This document shows, piece after piece, positions 36,238 to 46,069 of a stretch of DNA of 64,000 nt. The stretch comes from Candidatus Calditenuis fumarioli (GTDB lineage: Archaea; Thermoproteota; Nitrososphaeria_A; Caldarchaeales; Calditenuaceae): positions 793,046 through 857,045 of the forward strand of contig JANVYR010000001.1 of NCBI GenBank assembly GCA_030059665.1, written 5' to 3'. The notes beneath the pieces were generated by a model that was given only the letters and a program-made list of their open reading frames with translations, was not told the DNA's origin and ran no database searches. The translations under genes were made by a program, and so were the position numbers. Position 1 is the first letter of the stretch; each line of letters begins with the position of its first letter.

Positions 36238-37410
36238 TTGGGCGCAAGGGAGCTTCCGAAGGTGGGCGAGGTGATGAGGAGGGACTTCGTCCCGATAGAC
36301 GCCGATGAGCCGCTGATCAAGGCCGCGAGCCTCTTCTCCGAGACGGACGCTGACGTCCTGGTCGTCGTCTCGGGTGGAAAGGTGCTGGGCGTGCTGACCG
36401 AGAGGGCCCTGCTCAGACCCAGGGTCAACCTCGTCCAGACCAAGTGCAGGACCTTCGCCGTCCCCTCCCCGAGGATCACGCCGGATGACGCGGTCTCGAG
36501 GGCCGCGAGGCTGATGAGGGAGAACAACCTGAAGGCGGCTCCGGTCGTGAACGAGCGCGACGAGCCCGTTGGCGTCGTGGGGGTGCTCGACCTCGTGACC
36601 TCGGTCCCTGACGTCTTCTCGAGGATCAAGGTCAGGGACGTCATGACCTCTGACCCCATCACGGTCAGCGCCGACGACTCCATAGGCCGTGCCATAGCGC
36701 TGATGAGGGACGAGGGGATCTCGAGGCTCCCGGTGGTGGAGGACGGTCGGCTCGTGGGCATCCTGACGCTCCACGACGTGATAGTCAAGGTCCTCGGCCC
36801 GAGGGTTAGGGCGACGATCGGTGAGGTCTCCGGTGAGAAAATCTACACCCTCGGAAACAGGGTGAGGGAGCTGATGCATTCGCCCGTGATAACCGCGAGG
36901 AGCGACGAGCCCCTGATCGAGGCCGTTCGGAGGATGGCGCACCACGACGTCTCCTCCCTCGTGGTGGTCGACGGCGACCGGATCTCCGGCATCCTGACCA
37001 GGACCGACGTCCTCGAGCCGCTGGCAGCGCTGGACGTCAGAGAGGAGGAAGGGATCTCTGTGCAGGTCACCTACAAGCTCACCAACGTCTCCGACCGGGA
37101 CAAGGAGGAGCTGATGGAGGCGGTGAGGAGCTTCCTGAGGAGGTACAGGGAGACGATCGGCGTCGGCACCCTCACCCTGCACTTCAAGGAGCACCGCGAG
37201 AAGCACGGAGACGTCCACCTGATCCACTGCAGGGCAAGGCTGAACACGGACTCCTGGAGGCTGGTGGCGGTCGGTGAGGGCTGGTCCCTCGCGCTTGCGG
37301 CGAAGGCCGCGCTCAGCAGGATCGAGCGCCAGCTGACCGTCAGCAAGGAGCTGGCCAGGAGTTACGAGCTCCTCAGGGAGGACCTGCTGGAGCTGGCGGA
37401 GCGTTACTGA
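36238..37410 (+). CDS. Four-CBS-domain protein with C-terminal HPF/RaiA-like domain
   Basis: Four CBS repeats (e.g. ISRLPVVEDGRLVGILT); last ~110 aa show beta-alpha-beta-beta-beta-alpha with GEGWSLALAAKAALSRIERQL. Confidence 0.75.
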   Translation: MGARELPKVGEVMRRDFVPIDADEPLIKAASLFSETDADVLVVVSGGKVLGVLTERALLRPRVNLVQTKCRTFAVPSPRITPDDAVSRAARLMRENNLKAAPVVNERDEPVGVVGVLDLVTSVPDVFSRIKVRDVMTSDPITVSADDSIGRAIALMRDEGISRLPVVEDGRLVGILTLHDVIVKVLGPRVRATIGEVSGEKIYTLGNRVRELMHSPVITARSDEPLIEAVRRMAHHDVSSLVVVDGDRISGILTRTDVLEPLAALDVREEEGISVQVTYKLTNVSDRDKEELMEAVRSFLRRYRETIGVGTLTLHFKEHREKHGDVHLIHCRARLNTDSWRLVAVGEGWSLALAAKAALSRIERQLTVSKELARSYELLREDLLELAERY

Positions 37411-37414
37411 GGTC

Positions 37415-37924
37415 TTGTCCGGTTACCCCGGTGCTCCGAGGGGAGGGCCCGACACCGCCGCGGTCGCTGCGGTCATCGATCCCTCGAGGGCCCTGCTCGT
37501 GGTGAAGAGGTCCGAGAGGGAGGGTGACCCGTGGTCAGGTCACTGGGCCCTTCCGGGAGGGAGGTGGAGGGAGGGAGACAGGGACCTGGGGGAGACGATC
37601 CGGAGGGAGGTGCTGGAGGAGACCAGCATAGACCTCGCCGCAGGAGAGCCGATCGGGTGGTTCGGTCCCTTCTCGCCGAGCAACAGGCCCGAGCTGAGGG
37701 TGAGCGTTCTGGCGGTAACGTTCCGTACCAGGCCGGAGGTCCTCCTCGGCGACGAGCTGGTTGACCACCGCTGGGTCAGCGTCAGGTCGATGTCCCTCGA
37801 GACCAGGAGGGTGATGACGTCCTTCGGCCCCAGGGACGTAGAGGCCTTCGTCAGCGGCGACGTCCTGATCTGGGGACTGACCGCTCGGATCATCAGGGCG
37901 CTGATCGGTGCTGGCGTCCTGTAG
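37415..37924 (+). CDS. Nudix hydrolase (CoA-pyrophosphatase-like)
   Basis: PWSGHWALPGG..REVLEETSI Nudix box, IWGLTA. Confidence 0.88.
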   Translation: MSGYPGAPRGGPDTAAVAAVIDPSRALLVVKRSEREGDPWSGHWALPGGRWREGDRDLGETIRREVLEETSIDLAAGEPIGWFGPFSPSNRPELRVSVLAVTFRTRPEVLLGDELVDHRWVSVRSMSLETRRVMTSFGPRDVEAFVSGDVLIWGLTARIIRALIGAGVL

Positions 37925-38013
37925 GACCGCTCCTCTCCTCGGGACGTTGCGGAGTTCCTCAACGATCGCGGGTCACGCGAAATCTAATTATCGCGCATGG
38001 CTGCCGGTGAAAC

Positions 38014-39051
38014 GTGCGGGAGCTCAGGACGCTCTACTGGAAGGGGTCGAGTCTCTACCTGATCGACCAGAAGGCCCTCCCTCACCGGCTCAGGTACGTG
38101 GCCCTCACCGATTACAGGCAGGTCGCCCGGGCGATCAAGGACATGACGGTCCGCGGTGCGCCGGCGATAGGCGTCGCTGCCGCATACGGGCTCGCGCTGG
38201 CCGCGCTCAGGGCGAAGAGTTCCGATCCCCAGAAGGTTCTGGAGAAGCTGCAACGGGCCGCGGACGTCCTGAGGTCCACGAGGCCGACAGCGGTCAACCT
38301 CTTCTGGGCGATTGAGCGCGTGATGGCGAGGGCCGAGGCCGCCGCGAAGAACGGCGAGGACATCGCCCGTGCGGTGTTGGAGGAGGCCCACGCGATCGCT
38401 GAGGAGGACGTCAGGGTGAACAGGGCCATCGGCGAGCACGGCGCCAAGCTGATCAAGGACGGCGCGCGGGTGATGACGTACTGCAACGCAGGTGCCCTGG
38501 CCACGGTCGGGTACGGGACGGCGCTCGGGGTGATCAGGGCCGCGGTCGAGCAGGGGAAGAGGGTCTTCGTCTACGTGCCGGAAACGAGGCCTAAGCTCCA
38601 GGGAGCGAGGCTCACGTCCTTCGAGCTCAAGCTCGAGGGGATAGAACACAGGGTGATACCCGACAACACGGCGGCCTACCTGATGAGCAGGGGCGAGGTG
38701 GACCTGATCGTTGTCGGCGCTGACAGGATCCTGGCCTCCTCCGGTCACGTCATCAACAAGATCGGCACCCTATCGCTCGCGATCGCGGCCAACTACTTCA
38801 ACGTCCCCTTCTACGTCGCAGCGCCCGTCAGCACGATCGACTTCAGACGGACACTCAGCGAGGTCAGGATCGAGGAGCGAGATGAGAGGGAGGTGCTCGA
38901 GGTGATGGGCAGGAGGATAGCTCCGAAGGGCGCGAGGGCGGTCAACTACGCCTTCGACGTGACGCCTCCGAACCTCGTGAAGGGCATCATCACCGAGAAG
39001 GGGATCTTCAGCCCGACCGAGCTCCACAAGCTCCAGCCCTCAGCGGGCTGA
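38014..39051 (+). CDS. mtnA: Methylthioribose-1-phosphate isomerase / eIF2B-like isomerase
   Basis: VRGAPAIG, TRPTAVNL, TYCNAGALAT..GTA, ETRP.LQGARLT, VGADR, NKIGT, FDVTP. Confidence 0.92.
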   Translation: MRELRTLYWKGSSLYLIDQKALPHRLRYVALTDYRQVARAIKDMTVRGAPAIGVAAAYGLALAALRAKSSDPQKVLEKLQRAADVLRSTRPTAVNLFWAIERVMARAEAAAKNGEDIARAVLEEAHAIAEEDVRVNRAIGEHGAKLIKDGARVMTYCNAGALATVGYGTALGVIRAAVEQGKRVFVYVPETRPKLQGARLTSFELKLEGIEHRVIPDNTAAYLMSRGEVDLIVVGADRILASSGHVINKIGTLSLAIAANYFNVPFYVAAPVSTIDFRRTLSEVRIEERDEREVLEVMGRRIAPKGARAVNYAFDVTPPNLVKGIITEKGIFSPTELHKLQPSAG

Positions 39052-39062
39052 GCACTGCTCCC

Positions 39063-39641
39063 TCATAGGACCTCCACCTTCGGCAGCGCGAGCGCCCTGA
39101 TCCTCTCGGCCGCGTCCTTCGCCCGCTCCTCATCGGAAAAGGCCAGCTCGTACCTCCTCCTCTTCCCGGAGGCCGCGACGTCGATCCTGAGGCCGCTTCC
39201 TTTGACCCTCACGGTCACCTTGTCCAGATCGGCGTATGGGGCTGCAAATGCCTCGACAAGCCCGCGGAACTTCATCCTCGGCCCGACGTATCTCTCCAGG
39301 AAGCGGGTGACGTCCTCAGGTCGGTCGCCGGAGAGCGCGCGCAGCACCTCCTCCCTCTCCTCCCGCCTCTCCCTTTGGCCCAGCAGATCGTACAGGGCGT
39401 CGACCAGGACGTTGGTAGCTAAAGTGCCCAGCAGGTCGGTCGCGCTTCCAGGGGTTCCCAGCGGCTTCGCGTAGAGCGACTCCCTCCTCGGGACGACCTC
39501 CGAGAGCCTATCCGTCTCCATCTCGATGAGCCTCGCGTCGGTGAAGAGCAGGTAGCAGAGCCTGTAGCAACGGCCCAGCATCCTCAGCGCGAACGTCTCC
39601 CGCCACGCCTCGAGCGTCAGCACCACCTTCTCCCCGGTCAT
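39063..39641 (-). CDS. Hypothetical protein (possible split PH-like fold)
   Basis: Host-like codon usage, fills gap; LLFTDARLI beta strand and C-terminal helix. Confidence 0.5.
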   Translation of the reverse strand: MTGEKVVLTLEAWRETFALRMLGRCYRLCYLLFTDARLIEMETDRLSEVVPRRESLYAKPLGTPGSATDLLGTLATNVLVDALYDLLGQRERREEREEVLRALSGDRPEDVTRFLERYVGPRMKFRGLVEAFAAPYADLDKVTVRVKGSGLRIDVAASGKRRRYELAFSDEERAKDAAERIRALALPKVEVL

Positions 39642-39694
39642 CGCGTCCGGTCCTCATCGCGGTCGCTCATCTCTTTTATGCTACGCGTCCGACG

Positions 39695-41119
39695 TTGACC
39701 GAGGTGCCAGGTTTGGCGAGGTTCGACGCGGTTGTGATCGGAGCCGGCCCAGCGGGCTATCTCGCGGCCCTGAGGCTGGCGCAGCTGGGGAGGTCGGTCG
39801 CGGTCGTCGAGCGGGAGAGGGTCGGGGGCGAGTGCCTGAACTGGGGCTGCATACCCTCGAAGGCGCTGATCGAGGTGGCGGATCTGGTTCACAGGGCCAA
39901 GAGGCTCTCGCAGCTGGGGATCGAGGTGGAGGTGCGCCGGATCTCGATGCCGGAGCTGATCAAATGGAAGGACTCGATCGTCGCGAAGCTGGTCAGGGGG
40001 ATCGAGACGCTCTTCGACCACTACGGCGTCACCCTCATCAGGGGAGAGGGAAGGGTCAAGGCCGGCAGGAAAGTGGAGGTCCTCTCCGGGAACGGAAGGT
40101 CCGAGGTCGAGGCTGGGTCCGTGCTCCTCGCGGTGGGCTCGGTTCCCGTTACGATCCCCCAGATCCCCTTCGACGGCCGGAGGGTCATCGGCTTCAGGGA
40201 GGCGCTGTCGCTGGAGGAGGTGCCCTCGAGGCTCCTGGTGGTCGGCGGCGGAGCCATAGGCCTTGAGATGGCCTTCGCCTTCAGGAAGCTCGGATCCGAA
40301 GTGACCGTCGTCGAGCTCATGGACCGGGTTCTCCCGGCGATGGACCCCGCCGTCTCCCGAGCGGTCCAGAGGAGCCTCGAGAGGCTCGGCGTCAGGACGC
40401 TGCTGAGGTCGACGGTCTCGTCATCGGAACCCAGAGGCGACTCGGTCAGCGTCAGGATCGCGACGCCGAACGGCGAGCTGACGGAGGATTTCGACAGGGT
40501 GCTGGTCGCTGTGGGGAAGAGGGCGCCGGAGCTCCCGGTCGAGGGCTCAATCGGGCTCGAGCTGGACCAGCGCGGGTTCGTGAGGGTCGATGAGGCGATG
40601 AGGACGAACGTCGAATGGATTTGGGCCGCGGGCGACGTCACAGGGCCTCCATTCCTCGCCCACAGGGCATACCGGCAGGGGCTCGTCGCGGCCGAGTCGA
40701 TCGCCGGTAGGGTGACCACTTGGGCTCCGAAGTCCTACCCCGTTGCCGTCTTCACGGACCCGGAGGCCGCGTCGGTGGGGATGACGGAGGAGGAGGCATC
40801 GCGTTCCGGAAGGAGGTTCAGGTCCTTCGTCTTCCCGCTCGCCGCGCTCGGGAGGGCCCACACGGTCGGCGACGCGGAGGGCTTCGTGAAGGTCCTGCTG
40901 GAGGAGGGGACCGACGAGCTCCTCGGAGTCCACGTGGTGGGCCCGCACGCCTCTGAGCTGATCTCCGAGGCCTCGCTCGCGATGGAGAACCTGATGACAC
41001 CCGATGACTTCCTGAGGGGAGTGAGGCCACACCCGACCTTCTCTGAGGCTCTGGCTGAGGCGGTGGAGCTCGCGCTCGGCAGGCCTCTTCACGTTGCCCT
41101 CAGAAAGGGCTCCTCCTGA
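39695..41119 (+). CDS. lpdA: Dihydrolipoyl dehydrogenase
   Basis: GAGPAGY, GGECLNWGCIPSK, GGGAIGLE, HPTFSEA. Confidence 0.96.
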   Translation: MTEVPGLARFDAVVIGAGPAGYLAALRLAQLGRSVAVVERERVGGECLNWGCIPSKALIEVADLVHRAKRLSQLGIEVEVRRISMPELIKWKDSIVAKLVRGIETLFDHYGVTLIRGEGRVKAGRKVEVLSGNGRSEVEAGSVLLAVGSVPVTIPQIPFDGRRVIGFREALSLEEVPSRLLVVGGGAIGLEMAFAFRKLGSEVTVVELMDRVLPAMDPAVSRAVQRSLERLGVRTLLRSTVSSSEPRGDSVSVRIATPNGELTEDFDRVLVAVGKRAPELPVEGSIGLELDQRGFVRVDEAMRTNVEWIWAAGDVTGPPFLAHRAYRQGLVAAESIAGRVTTWAPKSYPVAVFTDPEAASVGMTEEEASRSGRRFRSFVFPLAALGRAHTVGDAEGFVKVLLEEGTDELLGVHVVGPHASELISEASLAMENLMTPDDFLRGVRPHPTFSEALAEAVELALGRPLHVALRKGSS

Positions 41120-41771
41120 CGGAATCCAGCTGGACCTCGAGGAACACCGGGATGGCCGAGAGGATGTCTCCCAGCTCCCTGGCGAAGGCCTCCGCGAACT
41201 CCCTCACGCCGACCTCAATCCCGAGCTCGCGATGGAGAGAGGTCATCACGTCCGAGGGCATGCCGCAGGGCATGATGGCGTTGAACTTCGAGAGGTCAGT
41301 GGTCAGGTTCACCGCTATTCCGTGGAAGCTGACACCTCCTTTGATCGAGAGGCCGATAGAGGCGACCTTCCTACCCGAGACCCAGACTCCGGGCTTCCCC
41401 TCCACTCGACCGGCGTTCAGGCCGTAGCGCCTCAGCGCCCTGATGGCCGCTTCCTCCAGGACGTTGACGAGCTCCCTCGGACCGAGCCCCCAGTCTTCGA
41501 GACGGATTATCGGGTAAGCCACCAGCTGTCCCGGACCGTGATAGGTGGGACCTCCGGCCCGCTCCACGTGGTGGACTGGGTGCTGGGGCCACAGCAGGTG
41601 CTCCGGCCTGGAGTTGCGTCCGAGCGTGTAGACGTGATCGTGCTCCGTCATCAGGACCACGTCATCGCCAGATCCAGAAACCCTCTCCTGGACCAGCTCC
41701 AGCATCAGCCTGTGGGCCTCGGAGTACTCGGTCCTGCCGAGCCACCAGAACCTGAGCTCACGCGTTCCCAT
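41100..41771 (-). CDS. lipB: Lipoyl(octanoyl) transferase
   Basis: [44 protein letters not shown]. Confidence 0.93.
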   Translation of the reverse strand: MGTRELRFWWLGRTEYSEAHRLMLELVQERVSGSGDDVVLMTEHDHVYTLGRNSRPEHLLWPQHPVHHVERAGGPTYHGPGQLVAYPIIRLEDWGLGPRELVNVLEEAAIRALRRYGLNAGRVEGKPGVWVSGRKVASIGLSIKGGVSFHGIAVNLTTDLSKFNAIMPCGMPSDVMTSLHRELGIEVGVREFAEAFARELGDILSAIPVFLEVQLDSVRRSPF

Positions 41772-42660
41772 CCGCCCTCCTCCTCAGCAGGGCCCTCACA
41801 TAGGCCTCTCCCGCGAGATAGGAGCTCCTCACCAGCGGCCCAGAGGCGACGTAGAGGAACCCGAGTCCGTAGGCCATCCGCTCGAGGCGGCTGAACCTCT
41901 CCGGCGTCACGTACTCGACCACCGGCAGGTAGAGCGGTGAGTCCAGCGGCCTCAGGTACTGGCCCATCGTGACGATGTCGACCCCGACGGACCTCAGCTC
42001 CCTCAGCGCCTCGAGCACCTCCTCGTCCGTCTCGCCGAGGCCTAGCATCAGCGATGACTTCGTCAGGACCTCCGGCCTGAGCTCCTTCACGGTCCTCAGG
42101 ACCCAGAGCGACCTGTCGAAGGAGGCCCTCCTGTCCCTGACGAGGGGCGTGAGCCTCCGCACGGTCTCGACGTTGTGGCCGATCACGTCCGGTCCGGACC
42201 TCACCACCAGCTCGAGCGCCTCGGGGTCTCCGCCGAAGTCGGGTATCAGAGTCTCTACGAGGATCGATGGATCAGCGCGCTTGATCGCCCTGACGGTCTC
42301 CGCGAAGACCGATGCTCCTCCGTCGGGTAGGTCGTCCCGGCAGACGGAGGTGATCACCACGTAGCTCAGCCCCAGCTCCGCCACCGCCCCGGCCACCCTC
42401 TCCGGCTCGTCGTGGTCGATGACGCCTTTCGGGTTTCCGTGCGTAACAGCGCAGAACCTGCAGCCCCTGGTGCAGAGGTCTCCCAGGATCATGAAGGTGG
42501 CCGTCCCGGAACCCCAGCACTCGCCCACGTTGGGGCAGAGGGCCGACTGGCAGACGGTGTGGAGCCGGTACCTCCTCACGACGTCCCTGACCCGCTCGTA
42601 GGTGGGCCCCACGGGGAGCCTTACCTTCAGCCAGGGAGGCTTCGCTAGCGCAGTTCCCAT
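41758..42660 (-). CDS. lipA: Lipoyl synthase
   Basis: [30 protein letters not shown]; ATG 42660. Confidence 0.96.
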   Translation of the reverse strand: MGTALAKPPWLKVRLPVGPTYERVRDVVRRYRLHTVCQSALCPNVGECWGSGTATFMILGDLCTRGCRFCAVTHGNPKGVIDHDEPERVAGAVAELGLSYVVITSVCRDDLPDGGASVFAETVRAIKRADPSILVETLIPDFGGDPEALELVVRSGPDVIGHNVETVRRLTPLVRDRRASFDRSLWVLRTVKELRPEVLTKSSLMLGLGETDEEVLEALRELRSVGVDIVTMGQYLRPLDSPLYLPVVEYVTPERFSRLERMAYGLGFLYVASGPLVRSSYLAGEAYVRALLRRRADGNA

Positions 42661-42727
42661 CCGGGAGCTAAACACGCTCAGCCCGGCTAAAGGCTTGCGG
42701 TCAGCAGTCGCCCTTCTGAGAGCTCAG

Positions 42728-43618
42728 CTAACCCCTGACGACCAGCTCGACGTCGTTGCCGTCCTGGTCCTTCACGACGAAGCCGTATCGGCCAGCCAAC
42801 GGCTCCGGGTCCTCGGAGATCCTCACGTTCATCGACCTGAGGTGCGCCAGAAGGTCCTCGAGGCTTCGCTCGTCGGGCAGTAGGAGGGAGAAGGAGAGGA
42901 GCCTCACCGATTCGGGAGGCGGACGGGGAGCGTCGATCCCGGCCCAGACGTTGGCGCCCACGTGGTGGTGGTAATCGCCCGCGGCGAAGAAGAGGGCTCC
43001 GTACCTGCTCCAGTCGAAGGTCACGTTCATGCCGAGCGCTCCTCGGTAGAAGGCCCTCGCCCTCTCGAGACGTGAGACGTGCAGGTGGACGTGGCCCATC
43101 ACCGTTCCCTCCGGCAGCCGGTAACCCTCGCCGGGGACGTCGTCCTCGTCCCTCAGCTCCGAGAGCAGGGACCTCAAATCCAGGGGCAAAGTGTCCATGC
43201 TGAGCTCTCCGGTGGGAAGCCTCCTCCAGGTGCTCCTCGGCCGGTCGGCGTAGACCTCGATTCCGTGACCGTCAGGGTCGGAGAGGTAGAGGGCCTCGCT
43301 GACGAGGTGGTCAGACGCTCCGTGGAGGAACCAGCGCTCAGAGATCCTGAGGTAGGCCCTCGCGAGCTCCCTCCTGCTGGGCAGAAGGACCGCGAAGTGG
43401 TAGAGGCCGGTCGACCTCTGGGGCTTGGGCCTCGCTCCTCTCTGCTCCCTCAGCGCCACCAGCGGCTCGCTCCCGGCCCCCATCACGACCTCCTCGCCCG
43501 AGTCCCGGAGCTTGACCATCCCCAGCACCTCCCGGTAGAAGGCGATCGAGCGCTCGACGTCCGAGACGGATAGCCTCACCCAGCCCGGCCTCGTCCTCGG
43601 GTCTATCGCGAACCCCAA
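42728..43618 (-). CDS. VOC family protein, catechol 2,3-dioxygenase (CatE)-like
   Basis: GLYHFAVLLP, SDHLVSEALYLSDPDGHGIEVY, GHVHLHV, GDYHHHVGANVW. Confidence 0.88.
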   Translation of the reverse strand: MGFAIDPRTRPGWVRLSVSDVERSIAFYREVLGMVKLRDSGEEVVMGAGSEPLVALREQRGARPKPQRSTGLYHFAVLLPSRRELARAYLRISERWFLHGASDHLVSEALYLSDPDGHGIEVYADRPRSTWRRLPTGELSMDTLPLDLRSLLSELRDEDDVPGEGYRLPEGTVMGHVHLHVSRLERARAFYRGALGMNVTFDWSRYGALFFAAGDYHHHVGANVWAGIDAPRPPPESVRLLSFSLLLPDERSLEDLLAHLRSMNVRISEDPEPLAGRYGFVVKDQDGNDVELVVRG

Positions 43619-43677
43619 CCCGGATCGAGCTCGCTGGCCAGGGCATTAAGCCGAGCGGTTCCGCTGGACATCAGGCG

Positions 43678-44793
43678 TCATCCGCGAAACCTGGTGGGGT
43701 CCAGGACCGGGGGTATCAGACCGGCCCTGATGGCGTGGTCCGCGAGCACGATGCCCACCATCGACTCGACCACGGGTACGGCCCTCGGGCCTATGACCGG
43801 GTCGTGCCTGCCGGTGACGACGACCTCCTCCTCTCTCATCGTGGAGAGGTTCAGGGTCCTCTGCGGCTTCGAGATCGATGCGGGAGGCTTGAAGGCCACC
43901 CTCACGAGGATCTCTCGTCCGGTGGAGAGGCCCCCGACGATGCCTCCGGCGTTGTTCGTCCTCGGCAACACCTTTCCGTCGACCAGCGTAAGGGGGTCGT
44001 TGTTCTCGGAGCCCCTGCTGCCCACTGCCCGGAATCCCCTCCCGAACTCCACACCTTTGACCGCGGGGATTGCGAAGAGCGCCCTTGCGATGTCCGCATC
44101 GAGGGAGGAGAAGACGGGTTCGCCGAGGCCTACGGGAACGTTCACCGCGATGCACTCCACCAGGCTCCCTATGCTGTCGCCTGAGGCCCTCACCTGCTTG
44201 ATCAGCTCGACCATGCGGGCCGCGGTCTCCTCATCGGGGCACCTCACCTCGTTCGAGTAGCGCTTCTCCCTGATCTCGTCTACCGTGAGCTCGGGTGCCA
44301 CAACTTCTCCCACCTGCTTCACGTACGCCATCACCTCGATCCCGAGCGTGACCCTGAGGAGCTTCAGCGCAACAGCACCTGCCATCACGAAGCCCGCGGT
44401 TATCCTCCCCGAGAACCTCCCTCCTCCCCGGTAGTCGTTGAAGCCTCCGTACCTCACCCTGGCGAAGTAGTCGGCGTGCCCCGGCCTCGGGACGTTCAGG
44501 AGCCTCTCGTAGCTCCTCGAGTCGACGTCCCTGTTCCAGACGACCATCGCGATCGGAGCTCCTGTCGTGTGTCCCCTGAAGACGCCGCTGAGTATTTCCA
44601 CCCTGTCCTCCTCCCTCCTCGGGGTTGCGATGGCCGACTGGCCGGGCCTCCTCAGGTCGAGGAGCGGTTGGACGTCCTCCTCCGACAGCGGAAGGCCGGC
44701 TGGGCACCCGTCGATGACCACCCCGACGCACCTCCCGTGGCTCTCGCCGAAGCTGACCACCACGAACCGCTCGCCGAGCACGTTACCCGGCAT
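43678..44793 (-). CDS. aroC: Chorismate synthase
   Basis: GESHG, RPGHAD, GGRFSGR.TA, AIPAVKG, NNAGGIVGG, GRHDP; ATG 44793. Confidence 0.97.
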   Translation of the reverse strand: MPGNVLGERFVVVSFGESHGRCVGVVIDGCPAGLPLSEEDVQPLLDLRRPGQSAIATPRREEDRVEILSGVFRGHTTGAPIAMVVWNRDVDSRSYERLLNVPRPGHADYFARVRYGGFNDYRGGGRFSGRITAGFVMAGAVALKLLRVTLGIEVMAYVKQVGEVVAPELTVDEIREKRYSNEVRCPDEETAARMVELIKQVRASGDSIGSLVECIAVNVPVGLGEPVFSSLDADIARALFAIPAVKGVEFGRGFRAVGSRGSENNDPLTLVDGKVLPRTNNAGGIVGGLSTGREILVRVAFKPPASISKPQRTLNLSTMREEEVVVTGRHDPVIGPRAVPVVESMVGIVLADHAIRAGLIPPVLDPTRFRG

Positions 44794-46069
44794 CCCTGAC
44801 CTCCACCTCGCAACCCACCGCCGAGAGGTCCCTGAGGAAGTTCGGGTAGGAGACGTCCACCGACTCGACGCCGAGCGTGGCCACCTTGCCCTGTGAGGCG
44901 AGCGAGAGGAGAGCGAAGGCCATGAAGAGCCTGTGGTCCCCCTCCGGGTCAAGAACGGCCTCCCTCAGCTCTGCACCTCTGACCACCAGACCGTCCCTTT
45001 TCTCCTCGACCGATGCTCCCGCCTTTGAGAGCTCCCTCGCCAGAACCGCGATCCTGTCGGTCTCCTTGTACCTCGCGTGACCGACGCCTGAGACGATCGT
45101 CTCGCCTTCGGCGAAGCACGCCAGCACTGCGACCACCGGAAGGAGGTCCGGAGCGTCCCGGAGGTCGACGTGGACTCCGTGGAGGTCGGACCCGAAGACC
45201 TCGACGTAGTTCTCACCCTCCCTGAACCTCGCTCCCATTTCGCGGAGGACCTCGAGGATCGCGGCGTCGGCCTGAGGCAGCGACCGGTCGAGGTTCCAGA
45301 CCCTGACAGATCCCCCCATGAGCAGCGGCACGGCCATCAGGAACGCGGCCAGCCCGTAGTCGCCCGGCACGGCGAACTCCCTAGCCCTCAGACCTCCGCC
45401 CTCGACGAGGACCCTGCTGCCCTCGAGCGAGACGCGTCCTCCGAAGCGGCGGACCACCTCGCACGTGGCCTCGATGTAGGGCCTCGAGACGACCTCGCCC
45501 GTCAGGCTCACCTCCAGCGCCCCATCGGAGGCGGAGCCAGCCACGATCAGCCCGGAGACGAACTGGCTGCTCACGTCGCCCCTCATCGCGCACTTTCCCC
45601 TCAGGCCCCCTTCGCCCTTCACCACGACCGGAGCGCAGCCGTTGTTCCTCGTTGACCAGGCCTCCACGCCCAACTGCCCGAGCGCCTCGAGGAGCGGCCC
45701 CATCGGCCTCCTCCTCAGGCTACCGTCGCCGGTTAGGACCGTGTAACCGCCCTCGACCAGCGAGGCCACGGCGGTGGCGATCCTGAGCGTGGTCCCCGAG
45801 TTCATCGCGTCGATGACGTCCTCCGGTACCTGAGGCCTCTCCACGCCCTCCACGACCAGCAGTCCCTCCCTCTGGTCAACCTGAGCTCCGAAGGCCCTGA
45901 CCGCGTTGATGGTGGCCACCGTGTCCCTCGAGATCAGGGGAGACCTGACGGTGGAGGTTCCGTCCGAGAGCGAGGCGACGAAGACGGCCCTGTGCGTGTA
46001 GCTCTTCGAGGGCGGTGCCGTCACGTCACCGAATACCTCCTCCCTCTGCCTGACCCTGACCAGCTTCAT
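44783..46069 (-). CDS. aroA: EPSP synthase
   Basis: PPSKSYTHR, NSGTTLR, LRRRPM, SSQFVSG, KETDR, DHRL; ATG 46069 in ATGA overlap with aroE. Confidence 0.96.
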   Translation of the reverse strand: MKLVRVRQREEVFGDVTAPPSKSYTHRAVFVASLSDGTSTVRSPLISRDTVATINAVRAFGAQVDQREGLLVVEGVERPQVPEDVIDAMNSGTTLRIATAVASLVEGGYTVLTGDGSLRRRPMGPLLEALGQLGVEAWSTRNNGCAPVVVKGEGGLRGKCAMRGDVSSQFVSGLIVAGSASDGALEVSLTGEVVSRPYIEATCEVVRRFGGRVSLEGSRVLVEGGGLRAREFAVPGDYGLAAFLMAVPLLMGGSVRVWNLDRSLPQADAAILEVLREMGARFREGENYVEVFGSDLHGVHVDLRDAPDLLPVVAVLACFAEGETIVSGVGHARYKETDRIAVLARELSKAGASVEEKRDGLVVRGAELREAVLDPEGDHRLFMAFALLSLASQGKVATLGVESVDVSYPNFLRDLSAVGCEVEVRDAG

